Translations under genes and position numbers: made by a program
NCBI GenBank assembly: GCA_035531495.1
Contig: DATKSU010000006.1
Span: 1,821 to 65,820, forward strand
Direction: 5' to 3'
DNA length: 64,000 nucleotides
Source of the DNA: Minisyncoccota bacterium
GTDB taxonomy: Bacteria > Patescibacteriota > Minisyncoccia > Phycocordibacterales > Phycocordibacteraceae
Shown: piece by piece, positions 43,944 to 54,055 of the stretch
Layout: every line of letters begins with the position of its first letter
How positions within the stretch are numbered: the stretch's first letter is position 1
Notes under the pieces: model-generated
What the model saw: the letters and a program-made list of their open reading frames with translations, nothing else
What the model was told of the DNA's origin: nothing
The model's database searches: none

Positions 43944-45707
43944 ATGTTCTCCGCGCGCCAATCACTTATCCACATGCCTAGCGGGCGCGGATGGGTTCTG
44001 TTTTTCATCGGAGGATTAGCGCTCGTAATCGGTGGCACAGCATTCTACTACAATGCCGAAATCGCCGACGTCGCGCAAGCGGACGCGCTCGGGCACGCGC
44101 TCCAGGATTATATCGTCCCGACCATCGGGAACGGAGAAGCGACGTATACGGTCGACAGCGGCGGAGTGCGGCGAGACGGCACGGTCGTCACGGGCGCGGC
44201 GGCGCTTCCCGTCCTGCGGCTCGCGTATTTCTCGGTCGCGAACCGCCTCGATCCCATCCTCGCGCTCGATGAGACGTCTACGACATCGCTCGCCGCATCG
44301 GTCGCGGCGCTCAAACATTCCCTTGACGCGCTTGCAGCGCCCTACGATGCACAGGGCAAAGCGCTGCTCGCGGACAGCTTCTACCCTGTGACGTTCCTTG
44401 AGACACTGCCCTCGCTTGAAGCCGAGCGGCGCGCTGTACTTGCGCATCCGACGTACGCGGATGCCATGCAGTACGGGACGGATCTCATCGCGGCGCTCAA
44501 GGCGTATCGTACCGCGCTTAGTAAGAGCTTCGACGCGTTCTCGAGCTTCAACGAGGCGACCTCGACAAATTTCGAATACGTGGTGCCCGGGGGCTCCACG
44601 TCGCCCTCGGCGAACCTTACAGGCCTCGCGTCGCTCGATGCCGACGCGGCGGCGGCTGAAGCGGAAGCGGCGGCACGGCTCGCATGCCTCGAAGGGAACG
44701 GTGATTGTGCGCCGCTCGCCGCGCTCGAGCCGCCCGCATATGTGCCGCCCCTTCCGTCGGCCGTGCCGCCTGTTGCGATGCACGTCCGGTCGCTCCTCGA
44801 CGCGTCCGGGTCGAAGCACGCTGCAGATCTCGGCGAGACGTTCCGTCAGCTCGGCATCGTGGTACTCGCGGGGAGCGCATGCGTACCGGATTTCTCACCG
44901 TTCTACGCATATCTCTGGGAGACGCAGGCTACGAGCAGTGTGCCGGAACTGCGGTACCTTCCCTTGAACGATCTGTATTTCTACGACCTGCGCGCGAAAG
45001 TCGACACCTCGCATTCGCCGTACTACGCGGCGCTCCTCAAAGCGAGCGGCATACGATACCTCAACTTCGGAGTATCGAATCTCTATGAATGCCCGGATTC
45101 CGGATTCGAAGCGATGCAGGTCGCGACGCTCTACGCGCTTGCGCAGGACGCGGCCACGCGGCCGCTCTTTGCGACGACGACCGTCGCAGACCCCGCCCTT
45201 ATGAAGGTCCAGGCGGATGAGCGCCGTATCGCACAGAGTCCGGTCATCCTCGAATCCGAGGTCGCACGCTATGTCGGGGACCTCGCCACCCTCGTGAATA
45301 CCGACGGCGAGACGGAATTGGCCGCGGAGACCTCGCCGGCCACCGTCTTCGAAGCCGAACGCCGTATCGCCCTCGCCCGCGAGCAATCGGCTTCCTTCGG
45401 CAAGGAGATCGCCACGGCCGTCGCGACGAACGCGGTCTCGCAAGCCATCAACCGCATGAAGGCGGGCCCCATACCGCTCTTCGGACTGTACTTCACCCGT
45501 TCGTATCCGTCTCTGTTCTACCTCGCCTGGAACGGGAGCATCGCGCCGGCGCCGGTGTCGTTCTTCGAAACGAAACGGCAGGAACCGCTCGCGAACTTCC
45601 AGATCGTCCCCTATACGCAACTACGCCGCACGTATTCCGACGCGGCCATCCTCCGCTTCATAGAGGCCTCGAATGAGGCGGATCAGGCCGCCGGCGTCCG
45701 TATCTGA
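43944..45707 (+). CDS. membrane-anchored extracytoplasmic hypothetical protein (587 aa)
   Basis: N-terminal TM, then a long soluble domain with no recognisable motif. Confidence 0.55.
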   Translation: MFSARQSLIHMPSGRGWVLFFIGGLALVIGGTAFYYNAEIADVAQADALGHALQDYIVPTIGNGEATYTVDSGGVRRDGTVVTGAAALPVLRLAYFSVANRLDPILALDETSTTSLAASVAALKHSLDALAAPYDAQGKALLADSFYPVTFLETLPSLEAERRAVLAHPTYADAMQYGTDLIAALKAYRTALSKSFDAFSSFNEATSTNFEYVVPGGSTSPSANLTGLASLDADAAAAEAEAAARLACLEGNGDCAPLAALEPPAYVPPLPSAVPPVAMHVRSLLDASGSKHAADLGETFRQLGIVVLAGSACVPDFSPFYAYLWETQATSSVPELRYLPLNDLYFYDLRAKVDTSHSPYYAALLKASGIRYLNFGVSNLYECPDSGFEAMQVATLYALAQDAATRPLFATTTVADPALMKVQADERRIAQSPVILESEVARYVGDLATLVNTDGETELAAETSPATVFEAERRIALAREQSASFGKEIATAVATNAVSQAINRMKAGPIPLFGLYFTRSYPSLFYLAWNGSIAPAPVSFFETKRQEPLANFQIVPYTQLRRTYSDAAILRFIEASNEADQAAGVRI

Positions 45708-45734
45708 GATCTTTCGGATGGTGCCGGGAGTGCG

Positions 45735-46433
45735 TTAGGAAGCGCGCCCCGACGCATAAGCGTCCGCGAGTTCCGAGAGGAGGAGGCCGACGGTCTCGCG
45801 CGAGGCATCGTTCGCGACGATTGGGAACGCCGCGTCGGCGAGGTCGCAGTCCGAGCTCATGATGGCGATGACGGGGATGCCGGCGTCCTTCGCTTCCTTC
45901 ACGGCATGCTTCTCGCGCTTCGTATCGACGACGAGGAGGGCATCCGGACGCTTCGCGAGCGTGACGATGCCGTCGAGGCGCGTCTCGAGGCGCCGCTTCT
46001 CGCGATCAAGGAGGACGAGCTCGAGCTTCGTGTGCTGCTTGGCGAGCGCGCCGGTCGCCGTCTTCTCCGTAAGCTCCGCGAGCCGGTCGATGCGCTTCTT
46101 TATCTCGGTCCAGTTGGAGATGGTGCCGCCGAGCCAGCGGGTCGCGACGTATGGTGCGCCGACATCCTCGGCCGCCTTCTTCACGAGCGCGGCGACCTCC
46201 GTCTTCCCGCCGACGAAGAGGACCGTCTTCCCTTCCTTCGCGAACGCCGCGAGCGCGGCCTTCGCGGCCGTGAGCTGCTCGGCCGTCTTCGTGAGGTCGA
46301 TTATCTCATGCCGCCCGCGCGCGCCGACGAGGAACGGCTTCATGGAGGGGTGGCGCCGGCTCTTCACCTGCGCGAAATGCGCCCCTGTGTCGAAGAGGCG
46401 CTGGAGCTCCTGCGTATCGGCTGCGGTCGTCAT
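45735..46433 (-). CDS. rpsB: 30S ribosomal protein S2
   Basis: GAHFAQVKSRRHPSMKPF...EIIDLTKT and IPVIAIMSSDCD motifs of uS2. Confidence 0.9.
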   Translation of the reverse strand: MTTAADTQELQRLFDTGAHFAQVKSRRHPSMKPFLVGARGRHEIIDLTKTAEQLTAAKAALAAFAKEGKTVLFVGGKTEVAALVKKAAEDVGAPYVATRWLGGTISNWTEIKKRIDRLAELTEKTATGALAKQHTKLELVLLDREKRRLETRLDGIVTLAKRPDALLVVDTKREKHAVKEAKDAGIPVIAIMSSDCDLADAAFPIVANDASRETVGLLLSELADAYASGRAS

Positions 46434-46483
46434 TACCCCGCCACTCTAGCCGGGAAAGGCCGCAAACGCAAGCTGGCGCGACG

Positions 46484-47434
46484 TCACGCCTCTTCTGCCG
46501 GCCCGACGCCGCCCGCAGCCGCGGCGGCATGGAGCGCGGCGATGATGTCGCCGATGCCCCCGGCCATGACCTTCGGCAGGTTATGCCAGGATTCCTTGAG
46601 CCGATGGTCAGTCACGCGGTCTTGGAGGTAGTTGTAGGTGCGGATCTTCTCCGAGCGGTCGCCCGTGCCGATCTGCGCCTTGCGCTCGGCCGCGTGCGCT
46701 TTCGCCTCCTTCTCTTCTTGGAGCTGCTCGAGCTTCGCCATGAGGATCTGCATTGCTTTCTCGCGGTTCGCCTGCTGGCTGCGCTCCGCTTGGCTCCTCA
46801 CCTCGATGCCAGTCGGCGTATGGACGAGGCGGACGGCCGTCTCGACCTTGTTCACGTTCTGGCCTCCCGCGCCGCCGGCTCGGGAGAACTCTATCTCGAT
46901 GTTAGCGGGATTGACGGCCACCGTCGATTTCGCGCGGATGGGCAGGATGGCGACGGACGCGGTGGAGGTGTGGATGCGCCCGGACTTCTCCGTCGCCGGG
47001 ACGCGCTGGACGCGATGAACGCCGGTCTCATACCGGAGCGCGTCGTAGGCGTCGGCGCCCGCGACTTCGAAGGTAAGGTCGTCGACGATGCGCGTCTTCC
47101 AGCCGCGCGACTCCGCGTATTTGAGATACATGTTCTCGAGGTCGCGCGCGAAGATGGCCGCTTCGTCGCCGCCCGCTCCGGCGCGCAGCTCCACCACGAC
47201 CGACGTCGGCCGCGCCTTTTCCTCTTTCTCGCGCGCGAGGATGCGCTCGATCTCCGCGAGGATGTCTCCCTGCCGCGTCCGGATGCGCGCGTCGTCCTCG
47301 GCAGCAATCCGCAGGAGTTCCGCGTCCGCGCCGGCCGCGGCGCGCGCGTCCGCCGCCTCATTCTCGAGGCGTTCATATTCTTCCGCGAGGTAGGCGGTCG
47401 CGAAGTTCTTTTTAAACTCTGGCGAATATTCCAT
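46484..47434 (-). CDS. prfA: peptide chain release factor 1
   Basis: PAT tripeptide in [17 protein letters not shown] and a GGQ motif ([13 protein letters not shown]). Start at MEYSPE with a GAGGGAG SD 6 nt upstream. Confidence 0.9.
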   Translation of the reverse strand: MEYSPEFKKNFATAYLAEEYERLENEAADARAAAGADAELLRIAAEDDARIRTRQGDILAEIERILAREKEEKARPTSVVVELRAGAGGDEAAIFARDLENMYLKYAESRGWKTRIVDDLTFEVAGADAYDALRYETGVHRVQRVPATEKSGRIHTSTASVAILPIRAKSTVAVNPANIEIEFSRAGGAGGQNVNKVETAVRLVHTPTGIEVRSQAERSQQANREKAMQILMAKLEQLQEEKEAKAHAAERKAQIGTGDRSEKIRTYNYLQDRVTDHRLKESWHNLPKVMAGGIGDIIAALHAAAAAGGVGPAEEA

Positions 47435-47472
47435 CGTGTTCTCCCTCACTCTATCACCCCCATCCTCTTCAG

Positions 47473-47622
47473 CGAGCCTGATGCGGATCGGGAGGCTCTC
47501 GGAAGCGAAACAGCATGGTAATTTCGGCGCCGAAGGGAGGCCGCGACGAAATTTGCGAGCCGAGAGCGAGCGCGCCTGCCCCAGCGGGCAGGCGACGCGT
47601 ACTCCCGATCCGTATCAGGCGA
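47473..47622 (+). ncRNA. copy 2 of the two-copy structured intergenic element (putative novel ncRNA or repeat)
   Basis: Closed by an 18-bp stem CCUGAUGCGGAUCGGGAG/CUCCCGAUCCGUAUCAGG with one G-U. It contains the internal hairpin GCCUGCCC-CAGC-GGGCAGGC. It occupies the same geometry as copy 1, about 50 nt upstream of the next minus-strand gene start. Confidence 0.5.
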
Positions 47623-47672
47623 GCGCCCTATTTCTTCCCAACACACGAAGACGTGTGGACGGGCTTCGGCAG

Positions 47673-47927
47673 CTACCGGCTGCCTCGCTTCGCGGCGCGC
47701 TGCTTGAAGCGCTCGACGCGGCCGGTCTTGTCGAGCATGCGGTCCTCTCCCGTGTAGAACGGGTGCGACTTGCTTGAGATCTCGACGGTCACCTTCGGAT
47801 ATTCCTTCCCCTCGTATTTTGTGGTCTCGGTCGCCCTGATGGTCGAGCCGATGAGAAATTTCTCGCCGGAGGCGAGATCCTCGAAGACGACGGGACGGTA
47901 CTCCGTCGGATGGATATCCTTCTTCAT
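47673..47927 (-). CDS. rpmE: 50S ribosomal protein L31
   Basis: [15 protein letters not shown]...HPFYTG bL31 signature. Confidence 0.9.
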   Translation of the reverse strand: MKKDIHPTEYRPVVFEDLASGEKFLIGSTIRATETTKYEGKEYPKVTVEISSKSHPFYTGEDRMLDKTGRVERFKQRAAKRGSR

Positions 47928-47948
47928 GCGGGCGATACTAGCACACCC

Positions 47949-50036
47949 CTAGAATTCCTGGAAGGTCGGCACCGTGTTTACGGTTGTCTTCTGCGAGATC
48001 ATCGTGCCCTCGAAGGTCTGGCAAGAGATGGTGTAGACGGATTGGCTATTGATGGCGACGGTCTGCGAGCCGGAGAGTGCCGCGGAGGAGACGCCGGGGC
48101 CGGAGACCTTGCAGCTCTTGACGGCCTGCGAGGACCACGAGATGGTCGATTGGCTTCCCGTATGGACGCGCGCGGGACTCGCCGTGATGGTCGCGCCCGG
48201 CGGGATGACGGTAATCGTGATGGATGGGGACGGCGAAGAACCACCGGGGCCCGTGCAGGTGATGCCGTACGGCGTCGTCACCGCTGGGGTGACCGTCACG
48301 CTGCCGGACGTCGCGCCGCCTGTCGAGAAGCCGGAACCGGTGCAGGAAGTCGTGTTCGACGAGGTCCATGTGATAGTCGCGGACTGTCCCTGGTCGATCG
48401 TGTACGAGTCGGCGGAGAGCGTCACCGTCGGCGGCGGATTCGCGACCGTGAGGTAGAGCCACGGGCCGCAGTCGTCGCCCGTGTTCGTCTCGTTCACCGA
48501 GAGCTGCCACGAGGTATTGTGGTTCGCGCAAGCGCGCACCTCGTACGTGCCGGCGGAGGGGAACTGATAAGTCGCAGAGATGGTGGTGTTCGCGTTCACG
48601 GCGAGCGAAGCGACGGTGCCGCCATCGAGCAGCGCGACCGTCGTTGTCGCGCCTCCCACGCCAGAATGCTGCGCGATCTGGAAGAGGTTGTCGAAGTTAT
48701 AGGCAGTAGCGGTCCCGACGTTATACACGGGAGCGGACAATGTTTCGTTGACGGTTGCAACCACCGGCGTCGGCGTCACCGTCGTCGGGCCGGCGTAGAG
48801 GCCGGGCAGCGTGCAACGCGAGTCGGGCGGCGCTGTTGCAGAACACGTGACACCGTCGCATTCTATCGTGCCGGTATTCGACTGCCCGCAGGCGTTCGTC
48901 GCGGTGCAGGTCTGGCCGAAATTGGCAGGCACGGGCGGCGGCGAAAGCGGCGTCGGGGTGCCGCAGGCGACCCACTGGATGCCGGTATTTTGACTGGTCG
49001 TATCCCACCCTTGACCGGCGACGAAATTTCCCCAGCCGCCATAGTTCGTGCTACCGCCATAGGCAGAGCCCCCACCGTTATGTCGAGATTCCGCGTAGTA
49101 ACTGAGTACACAAGATTGCCCTTGCAAGGGCGGGCAGGTGGTGCAGCTGCCGGAGTAGGAATCACAAACGGGGGTGCAGGAGATGTACGTTGGACTGCAA
49201 GAGTAGGTAAAACCGCCATATCCATCGGATGTTCCGGATAGATAACCATACGTATTCTGGTCCGGGGCAGGAGCATAGTCGGTGTATTCAGTAGCGCCGA
49301 GTGGAGCGGGCTTCCCCGCGAGCTGACAGACCATCGATTCGGCCGTATAGACGCTTTGACCGCTGTAGTTGCCGCGGAAGTCGTCGTAAGTCCCGAGCCA
49401 GTGGCCGGAAGGCGTTATCGTGTTCGTGTATACGTAGTTGGATGGCGGATTCGAGGTGCAGATGCCGCCGACGACGACACCAGTCGCGGTCTGCCCGCAG
49501 GCGTTCGTCGCTGAACAGGTCGTGCAGTACGGCATCGTGAAGCTGTTCGTGGAGATGACGTCAGTCGTCGATGTGAGCAAATAGCCGCCGTAGCTGTAAA
49601 AGATTGAATACGTATAGCTCTGTCCGGATGACCCGCCATTCCAGGTATAGGTGCCGTTGCAGTGCTGACTGGTCGCGACGACCGTGCCGTTCATGGAGAT
49701 GGAAACGGGCGTCGCCGTGGTGCATGCCGAGCCGGGCGCAGCCGTCCATTGGAGAGAGACGACCGGGCTGCCGTTATTGCACGTCGGTCCGGACGTTATG
49801 CTCGACGACCCGCAGGCGGGCGCGACGATGCCGGAGCCGACCTGCGTGAGCCAGGAGGTTCCGCCCGACGCCGGCGTGCTCGTCGCGGCGGCGATGATGG
49901 CGGAGCCGAACTGCGTGAGTCCGGAGGTGTCGAGCGCCGCGGGAAGGCTGGCGGCAGCCGCGACGGTCGGGATGGTAGCAGCGCAGGCAGCACTAACAAA
50001 GACGAGTATCGCGAATAGGCCCCTCGAATGCCGCAT
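47949..50036 (-). CDS. secreted Cys/Thr/Ser/Gly-rich protein with C-terminal Ig-like repeats
   Basis: Signal peptide MRHSRGLFAILVFVSAACAA, many Cys pairs, a duplicated C(S/T)ATNACGQ motif and C-terminal TVTLSADSYTIDQGQSATITWTSSNTTSC Ig-like modules. The start has TATACT 7 nt upstream. Confidence 0.7.
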   Translation of the reverse strand: MRHSRGLFAILVFVSAACAATIPTVAAAASLPAALDTSGLTQFGSAIIAAATSTPASGGTSWLTQVGSGIVAPACGSSSITSGPTCNNGSPVVSLQWTAAPGSACTTATPVSISMNGTVVATSQHCNGTYTWNGGSSGQSYTYSIFYSYGGYLLTSTTDVISTNSFTMPYCTTCSATNACGQTATGVVVGGICTSNPPSNYVYTNTITPSGHWLGTYDDFRGNYSGQSVYTAESMVCQLAGKPAPLGATEYTDYAPAPDQNTYGYLSGTSDGYGGFTYSCSPTYISCTPVCDSYSGSCTTCPPLQGQSCVLSYYAESRHNGGGSAYGGSTNYGGWGNFVAGQGWDTTSQNTGIQWVACGTPTPLSPPPVPANFGQTCTATNACGQSNTGTIECDGVTCSATAPPDSRCTLPGLYAGPTTVTPTPVVATVNETLSAPVYNVGTATAYNFDNLFQIAQHSGVGGATTTVALLDGGTVASLAVNANTTISATYQFPSAGTYEVRACANHNTSWQLSVNETNTGDDCGPWLYLTVANPPPTVTLSADSYTIDQGQSATITWTSSNTTSCTGSGFSTGGATSGSVTVTPAVTTPYGITCTGPGGSSPSPSITITVIPPGATITASPARVHTGSQSTISWSSQAVKSCKVSGPGVSSAALSGSQTVAINSQSVYTISCQTFEGTMISQKTTVNTVPTFQEF

Positions 50037-50092
50037 ACTTAGAAGTATACCGTGGCCGCGCTTTGCATGAGCGCTATCCACACGCGGGATGG

Positions 50093-50959
50093 CTACAGGC
50101 CGCTCACGCGCGCGCGGGCGAGGTTCACGGCTATCGCGTCCTGAAAGGACTTGATGCCCGCAGCGCTCATCGCCGGGTCGTTGCCGGGATACGCGGCGAC
50201 CCAGGATGCTTCCGTGAGGCCCGCCGCAAGCGTCTGCGCCCGTTCGAAGGCGTTCGCGGCAACCGCGAATTCGTTCAGATTGAGCTCCTGAACGCCGAGG
50301 TTGTTCCAGAGCCATGGATTCTCTTCGCCTCCCGTCGCCATCGTGACGCCGCGCTCGAGGAGCGTCTTCGCTTCGGCGTATTTCCCTTCCTGCCCGAGCA
50401 CCCAGGCGAGGTCATTGTAGCCCGCCCATTCGGTCGGCGCCCACGAGACGAACGTCGTGAAATCGCTCTCGGCACCGGCGAGGTCACCGCGGTAGGCGCG
50501 TATGAGCCCGCGAACATAGTAGGTGCGGAAATTGTCGGGATGATACGAAAGCTCCCCGTCCGCCGCGGCTTCAGCTTCGGGGAGCCGGTTTTCGACGAGG
50601 AGGATGCGTGCGAGCTCGTAGTGGCCCCAGAGCATGCTCGGGTCTATGGCGACGACTCTGCGAAAGGCATGTTCGGCGAGCGGCAAGTCGTAGGCGCCGA
50701 GACCGAAGGCATAGCTGCCGACGTCGAAGGCAAGCTGTGCGTCGCGTTCATCAAGCACGAGGATGAGCGGCGCTGCGCTGGTGTCATTATTCCGCCAGAG
50801 ATACTCGGCGGCGGCCGTCGACAGCGGCGTGCAAAAGACGATGACTATGACGAGGTCGAGTGCGGTAACGAGGGCGAGGACGGCGAAGCACACGAATTGG
50901 ATTGCGCGTTTGCACGACGGACGTTCCCGAGGAATCGTTCCCGTGCTCGTCCCGTCCAT
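50093..50959 (-). CDS. TPR-repeat protein with N-terminal TM anchor
   Basis: Tetratricopeptide-like helical repeats (AEHAFRRVVAIDP, YYVRGLIRAYRGDLAGAESDF). Start taken at M21, which has TATAGT 9 nt upstream. Confidence 0.6.
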   Translation of the reverse strand: MDGTSTGTIPRERPSCKRAIQFVCFAVLALVTALDLVIVIVFCTPLSTAAAEYLWRNNDTSAAPLILVLDERDAQLAFDVGSYAFGLGAYDLPLAEHAFRRVVAIDPSMLWGHYELARILLVENRLPEAEAAADGELSYHPDNFRTYYVRGLIRAYRGDLAGAESDFTTFVSWAPTEWAGYNDLAWVLGQEGKYAEAKTLLERGVTMATGGEENPWLWNNLGVQELNLNEFAVAANAFERAQTLAAGLTEASWVAAYPGNDPAMSAAGIKSFQDAIAVNLARARVSGL

Positions 50960-50997
50960 ACGCGATACACTATAGCATCGACCTTTCGACCAGCCGT

Positions 50998-51792
50998 ATG
51001 TTGCCGCTACGCCGCGCACGAACCGCCCCTCGCCTGTCGTATATCGTCTGCAGCGATCGCCGTACTGGCGGTACGCTCCTGTGCGAAGCGCTGCGGCGTA
51101 CGAGCATCGCCGGCAGGCCGGGGGAATATTTCAACCCGCTTCTCGACACGCCGGCGTTCCGGAAAGACCATCTCGGCATCACGGCGGATGCCGAATACCT
51201 GCCGCGCGTCGTCGAGCTCTCGACGACGCCGAACGGCGTCTTCGGCATGAAGATACACTTCGGCCAGCTGCCGCTTCTCCTCGAACGCATCGGGGCGGAG
51301 GGGCGCGCCGCGGGCGCATCGCCGGCGGCGGCGTTCGCGGCGCGCTTCCCCGGCTTGCGGTACGTGTGGCTGCGCCGCAGAGACGAAGTACGGCAAGCGA
51401 TATCCCTTTACCGGGCGCAGAAGACGAATATCTGGTGGGAGTTCCCTGACGAAGAACCGCCACTCTACGCCTACCAGCCCCCCGAGCGTGAGACGGCCGA
51501 AGATGTGTTCGACTTCGAAGCCATCAGCCGCTGCCTCGCGGATGTACAGTCGACTGCCGGACGATGGGAGCAGTTCTTTTCAGAGAACGATATCGTGCCG
51601 CTGCGGCTCACCTACGAAGAGCTCGATGCGGCGTATGAGGAGACGGTCGCGCGCGTCTTGCGATTCCTCGAACTCACCGTTCCGGAGCACATTCCGCCGA
51701 AGAACATGGCGCGCCAAGCGGATGGCCGGACGGATGCCTGGGTTGAGGAATTCCGGCAGCGGAGTCGCGGCCTGCGCGACGCACCCGGCTGA
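50998..51792 (+). CDS. Stf0-type sulfotransferase family protein
   Basis: N-terminal SYIVCSDRRTGGTLLCEAL PAPS-binding loop typical of the Stf0 sulfotransferase family. Confidence 0.55.
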   Translation: MLPLRRARTAPRLSYIVCSDRRTGGTLLCEALRRTSIAGRPGEYFNPLLDTPAFRKDHLGITADAEYLPRVVELSTTPNGVFGMKIHFGQLPLLLERIGAEGRAAGASPAAAFAARFPGLRYVWLRRRDEVRQAISLYRAQKTNIWWEFPDEEPPLYAYQPPERETAEDVFDFEAISRCLADVQSTAGRWEQFFSENDIVPLRLTYEELDAAYEETVARVLRFLELTVPEHIPPKNMARQADGRTDAWVEEFRQRSRGLRDAPG

Positions 51793-51889
51793 CGAAGCGC
51801 TGTCGGAATTTGCTTAACGCTTCCATCCGTGTCATCCTGGCGCCGGAAACGCCCGGGAGGGCGCCACACGAACGGAAACGGAGGTTCCT

Positions 51890-52510
51890 ATGAAAAGCGC
51901 CATCCTGTTGTCGTTGTCGCTCATGCTCGGCGCATGCGCGGCCATCGAAGCGCCGCAGACGCCGCCGCCCGGCGTACGGCTTGTCGAGGAGCCGGACGTG
52001 CGGCCCGGCGACTGGTGGATTGAGCGGAACGGCGGCTCTGTCTGGAAGGTAACGGTGACATCCGTCGACGGCGATCTCGTGCGGACGACGGTCGGCGACC
52101 CGTTCGGCCTCATGAAGCCGCACACAGTCGTCTTCCGTAAGGGCGGCGCGCTCGTGGAAGGTCCGGGCGGCCTCATGGGCCGCGCGACTCACTGGACGAA
52201 CTGGTATCCGAGCTACGAGCCGCTCTCGTTCCCACTCTGGGCAGGAAAGGAGTGGAGCGGATGGGTCACCTGGACGGCAACCGGAATATCGGGAAGTTAT
52301 CATGTCTCGGCGATCGCCGGTCCTTGGCAGTCATGGTACGTCGGCGAACGGAAATTCGATGCGCTGAAGATCACGTACCGTCTCGATCGCCTGGAAGCGG
52401 CGCCGGTCACCGATACGTGCTGGTATGTACCGGCGGCGAAGTGGCTCGGCTCCTGTGACCGGTATTGGACCTGGGATGATTACCGCGTCACCGCGTTCGG
52501 CGGCAACTAG
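51890..52510 (+). CDS. lipoprotein, paralog of 57906-58550
   Basis: Lipobox LMLGAC, a GGAGG SD, and a shared GDxW..KV / PL..GK.W pattern with the other paralog. Confidence 0.6.
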   Translation: MKSAILLSLSLMLGACAAIEAPQTPPPGVRLVEEPDVRPGDWWIERNGGSVWKVTVTSVDGDLVRTTVGDPFGLMKPHTVVFRKGGALVEGPGGLMGRATHWTNWYPSYEPLSFPLWAGKEWSGWVTWTATGISGSYHVSAIAGPWQSWYVGERKFDALKITYRLDRLEAAPVTDTCWYVPAAKWLGSCDRYWTWDDYRVTAFGGN

Positions 52511-52511
52511 C

Positions 52512-52550
52512 CGCGCGCCCGCTCTCTCGAGCGGGCGCGTTTTCTTTTAT
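52512..52550 (+). terminator. rho-independent terminator
   Basis: GCGCGCCCGCTC-TCTCGA-GAGCGGGCGCG followed by TTTTCTTTTAT. Confidence 0.7.
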
Positions 52551-52600
52551 CTGGGCACATCGCCTCTCTGGTATCATGGCGGCATCCGCATTGCGGCATC

Positions 52601-54055
52601 ATGCGTTCCGCGAGCTTCATCGATGACGTGCGCGCCCGCTGGTACCGGTTCCGGCTGGATCGCAGCGTCCGCGCCTTGCCGCTTGAGCTCGTCGCGGACT
52701 CCGGAGCGCGAGCCGACAAAGAGAGCTCGGCATTCCGCCGCTACGCGCGGGAGCTTGAGCGGTACATCGCCGTCCTCGAGGACATCCGCCGGCGCGGGCC
52801 GTCGTTCGTCGGGCGATTCCAGGAACTGCGACTCGAGAAGTTGCTCCGCCGCGCGGCTGCGAGCGCGTACTGGCGGAGCGTCTTCGAGCGCTCCGGCGTC
52901 AATCCCGGCGACATTCGACGGCTCGCGGATCTCGCGCGCATCCCGCCCGTCGGCCGCACGGGCCTCATCGACGTGCCGCGCGACGCTTCCGCGACGGAGA
53001 AGCTGCCGGACAATGCCGTCTACTGGATGCGTTCCTCCGGCAGCACGACTGGCACGCCGTTCATCTGGGGTTCGTACGCATGGGACTGGCCGCTTGCGGT
53101 GTGGTCGTATCACCTGCGGGAGCTCGACGCGCGGGGCTTCTCGCTTGCGACGAGCGCGCACCGCGATTTCCTCTTCCAGATAAATTACGGCGGCGGCAAC
53201 GCGGTCTTCCAGATGTTCTTCATAGAGAACTTCCGGCTCCGGCCGCGCGGAGACGCCGCTGAAGAAGACGCGCGCGCTATCGTCGCCGCAATCGAAGAGG
53301 TCGGCCCGTCGGTGCTCCTATGCAACCCGACCGAACTCGCCTCGTTCCTGCACGCGCTCGATGCACTCGGCCGGCAACCTCCCATGACGGGCTGCCTCCT
53401 CGTGGGTCAGCCGATTGAAGAGGCATTCCAAGAGCACGCCGAACGCCTCCTCGGCTGTCCCGTTATCCCCTACTACAGCACGATGGAGACCGCGGCTATC
53501 GGCGCCGGATGCCGCCATGCGCCGGGCAGGTATCACACGTATGCCGAGCGGGTCATCGTCGAGATACTCGACGACGCGGGAAGGCAGGTCGCCGACGGCG
53601 AGCGCGGCAATATCACCGTAACCTGCCTCGATAACCTCTTCATGCCGCTCATCCGCTACCAGCCGGGCGACGTCGGCACGCTGCGGCATCGCGTCTCCTG
53701 CCCGTGCGGGAACCCGAATCCGCTCCTCGAAGTCGAGGGTCGGTCGGTCGACGTCATCCGATTCGCGGATGGTTCCGCCGAATCAGTCCGCCGCGTCTTC
53801 AAGCTGCTTGCCGCCGATCCCTTCCTCACGCGCATCCGCCGGATGCAAGTGCGGCAGGAAGAGCTCGGCACGCTCCGCATACTCCTCGAGCCGCGCGACG
53901 CGATACTCGGTCCCGCCGTCATCCGCGAACTCAAGAAGCGGATTGACGTGCTTTACGAGGGCAAGATTCGCGTCACCGTCGAAGAGGTGAGGGAGATAGA
54001 CCCCGGTACGAAGAAATTCAAAGCATTCGTCCCGCTTGCGCCGCGTACGCGCTAG
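52601..54055 (+). CDS. PaaK/CapK/F390-synthetase-like adenylate-forming enzyme
   Basis: SSGSTTGTPF P-loop, YYSTMETAAIG, RYQPGDVGTL and VSCPCGNP motifs. A TATCAT -10 lies 24 nt upstream. Confidence 0.65.
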   Translation: MRSASFIDDVRARWYRFRLDRSVRALPLELVADSGARADKESSAFRRYARELERYIAVLEDIRRRGPSFVGRFQELRLEKLLRRAAASAYWRSVFERSGVNPGDIRRLADLARIPPVGRTGLIDVPRDASATEKLPDNAVYWMRSSGSTTGTPFIWGSYAWDWPLAVWSYHLRELDARGFSLATSAHRDFLFQINYGGGNAVFQMFFIENFRLRPRGDAAEEDARAIVAAIEEVGPSVLLCNPTELASFLHALDALGRQPPMTGCLLVGQPIEEAFQEHAERLLGCPVIPYYSTMETAAIGAGCRHAPGRYHTYAERVIVEILDDAGRQVADGERGNITVTCLDNLFMPLIRYQPGDVGTLRHRVSCPCGNPNPLLEVEGRSVDVIRFADGSAESVRRVFKLLAADPFLTRIRRMQVRQEELGTLRILLEPRDAILGPAVIRELKKRIDVLYEGKIRVTVEEVREIDPGTKKFKAFVPLAPRTR

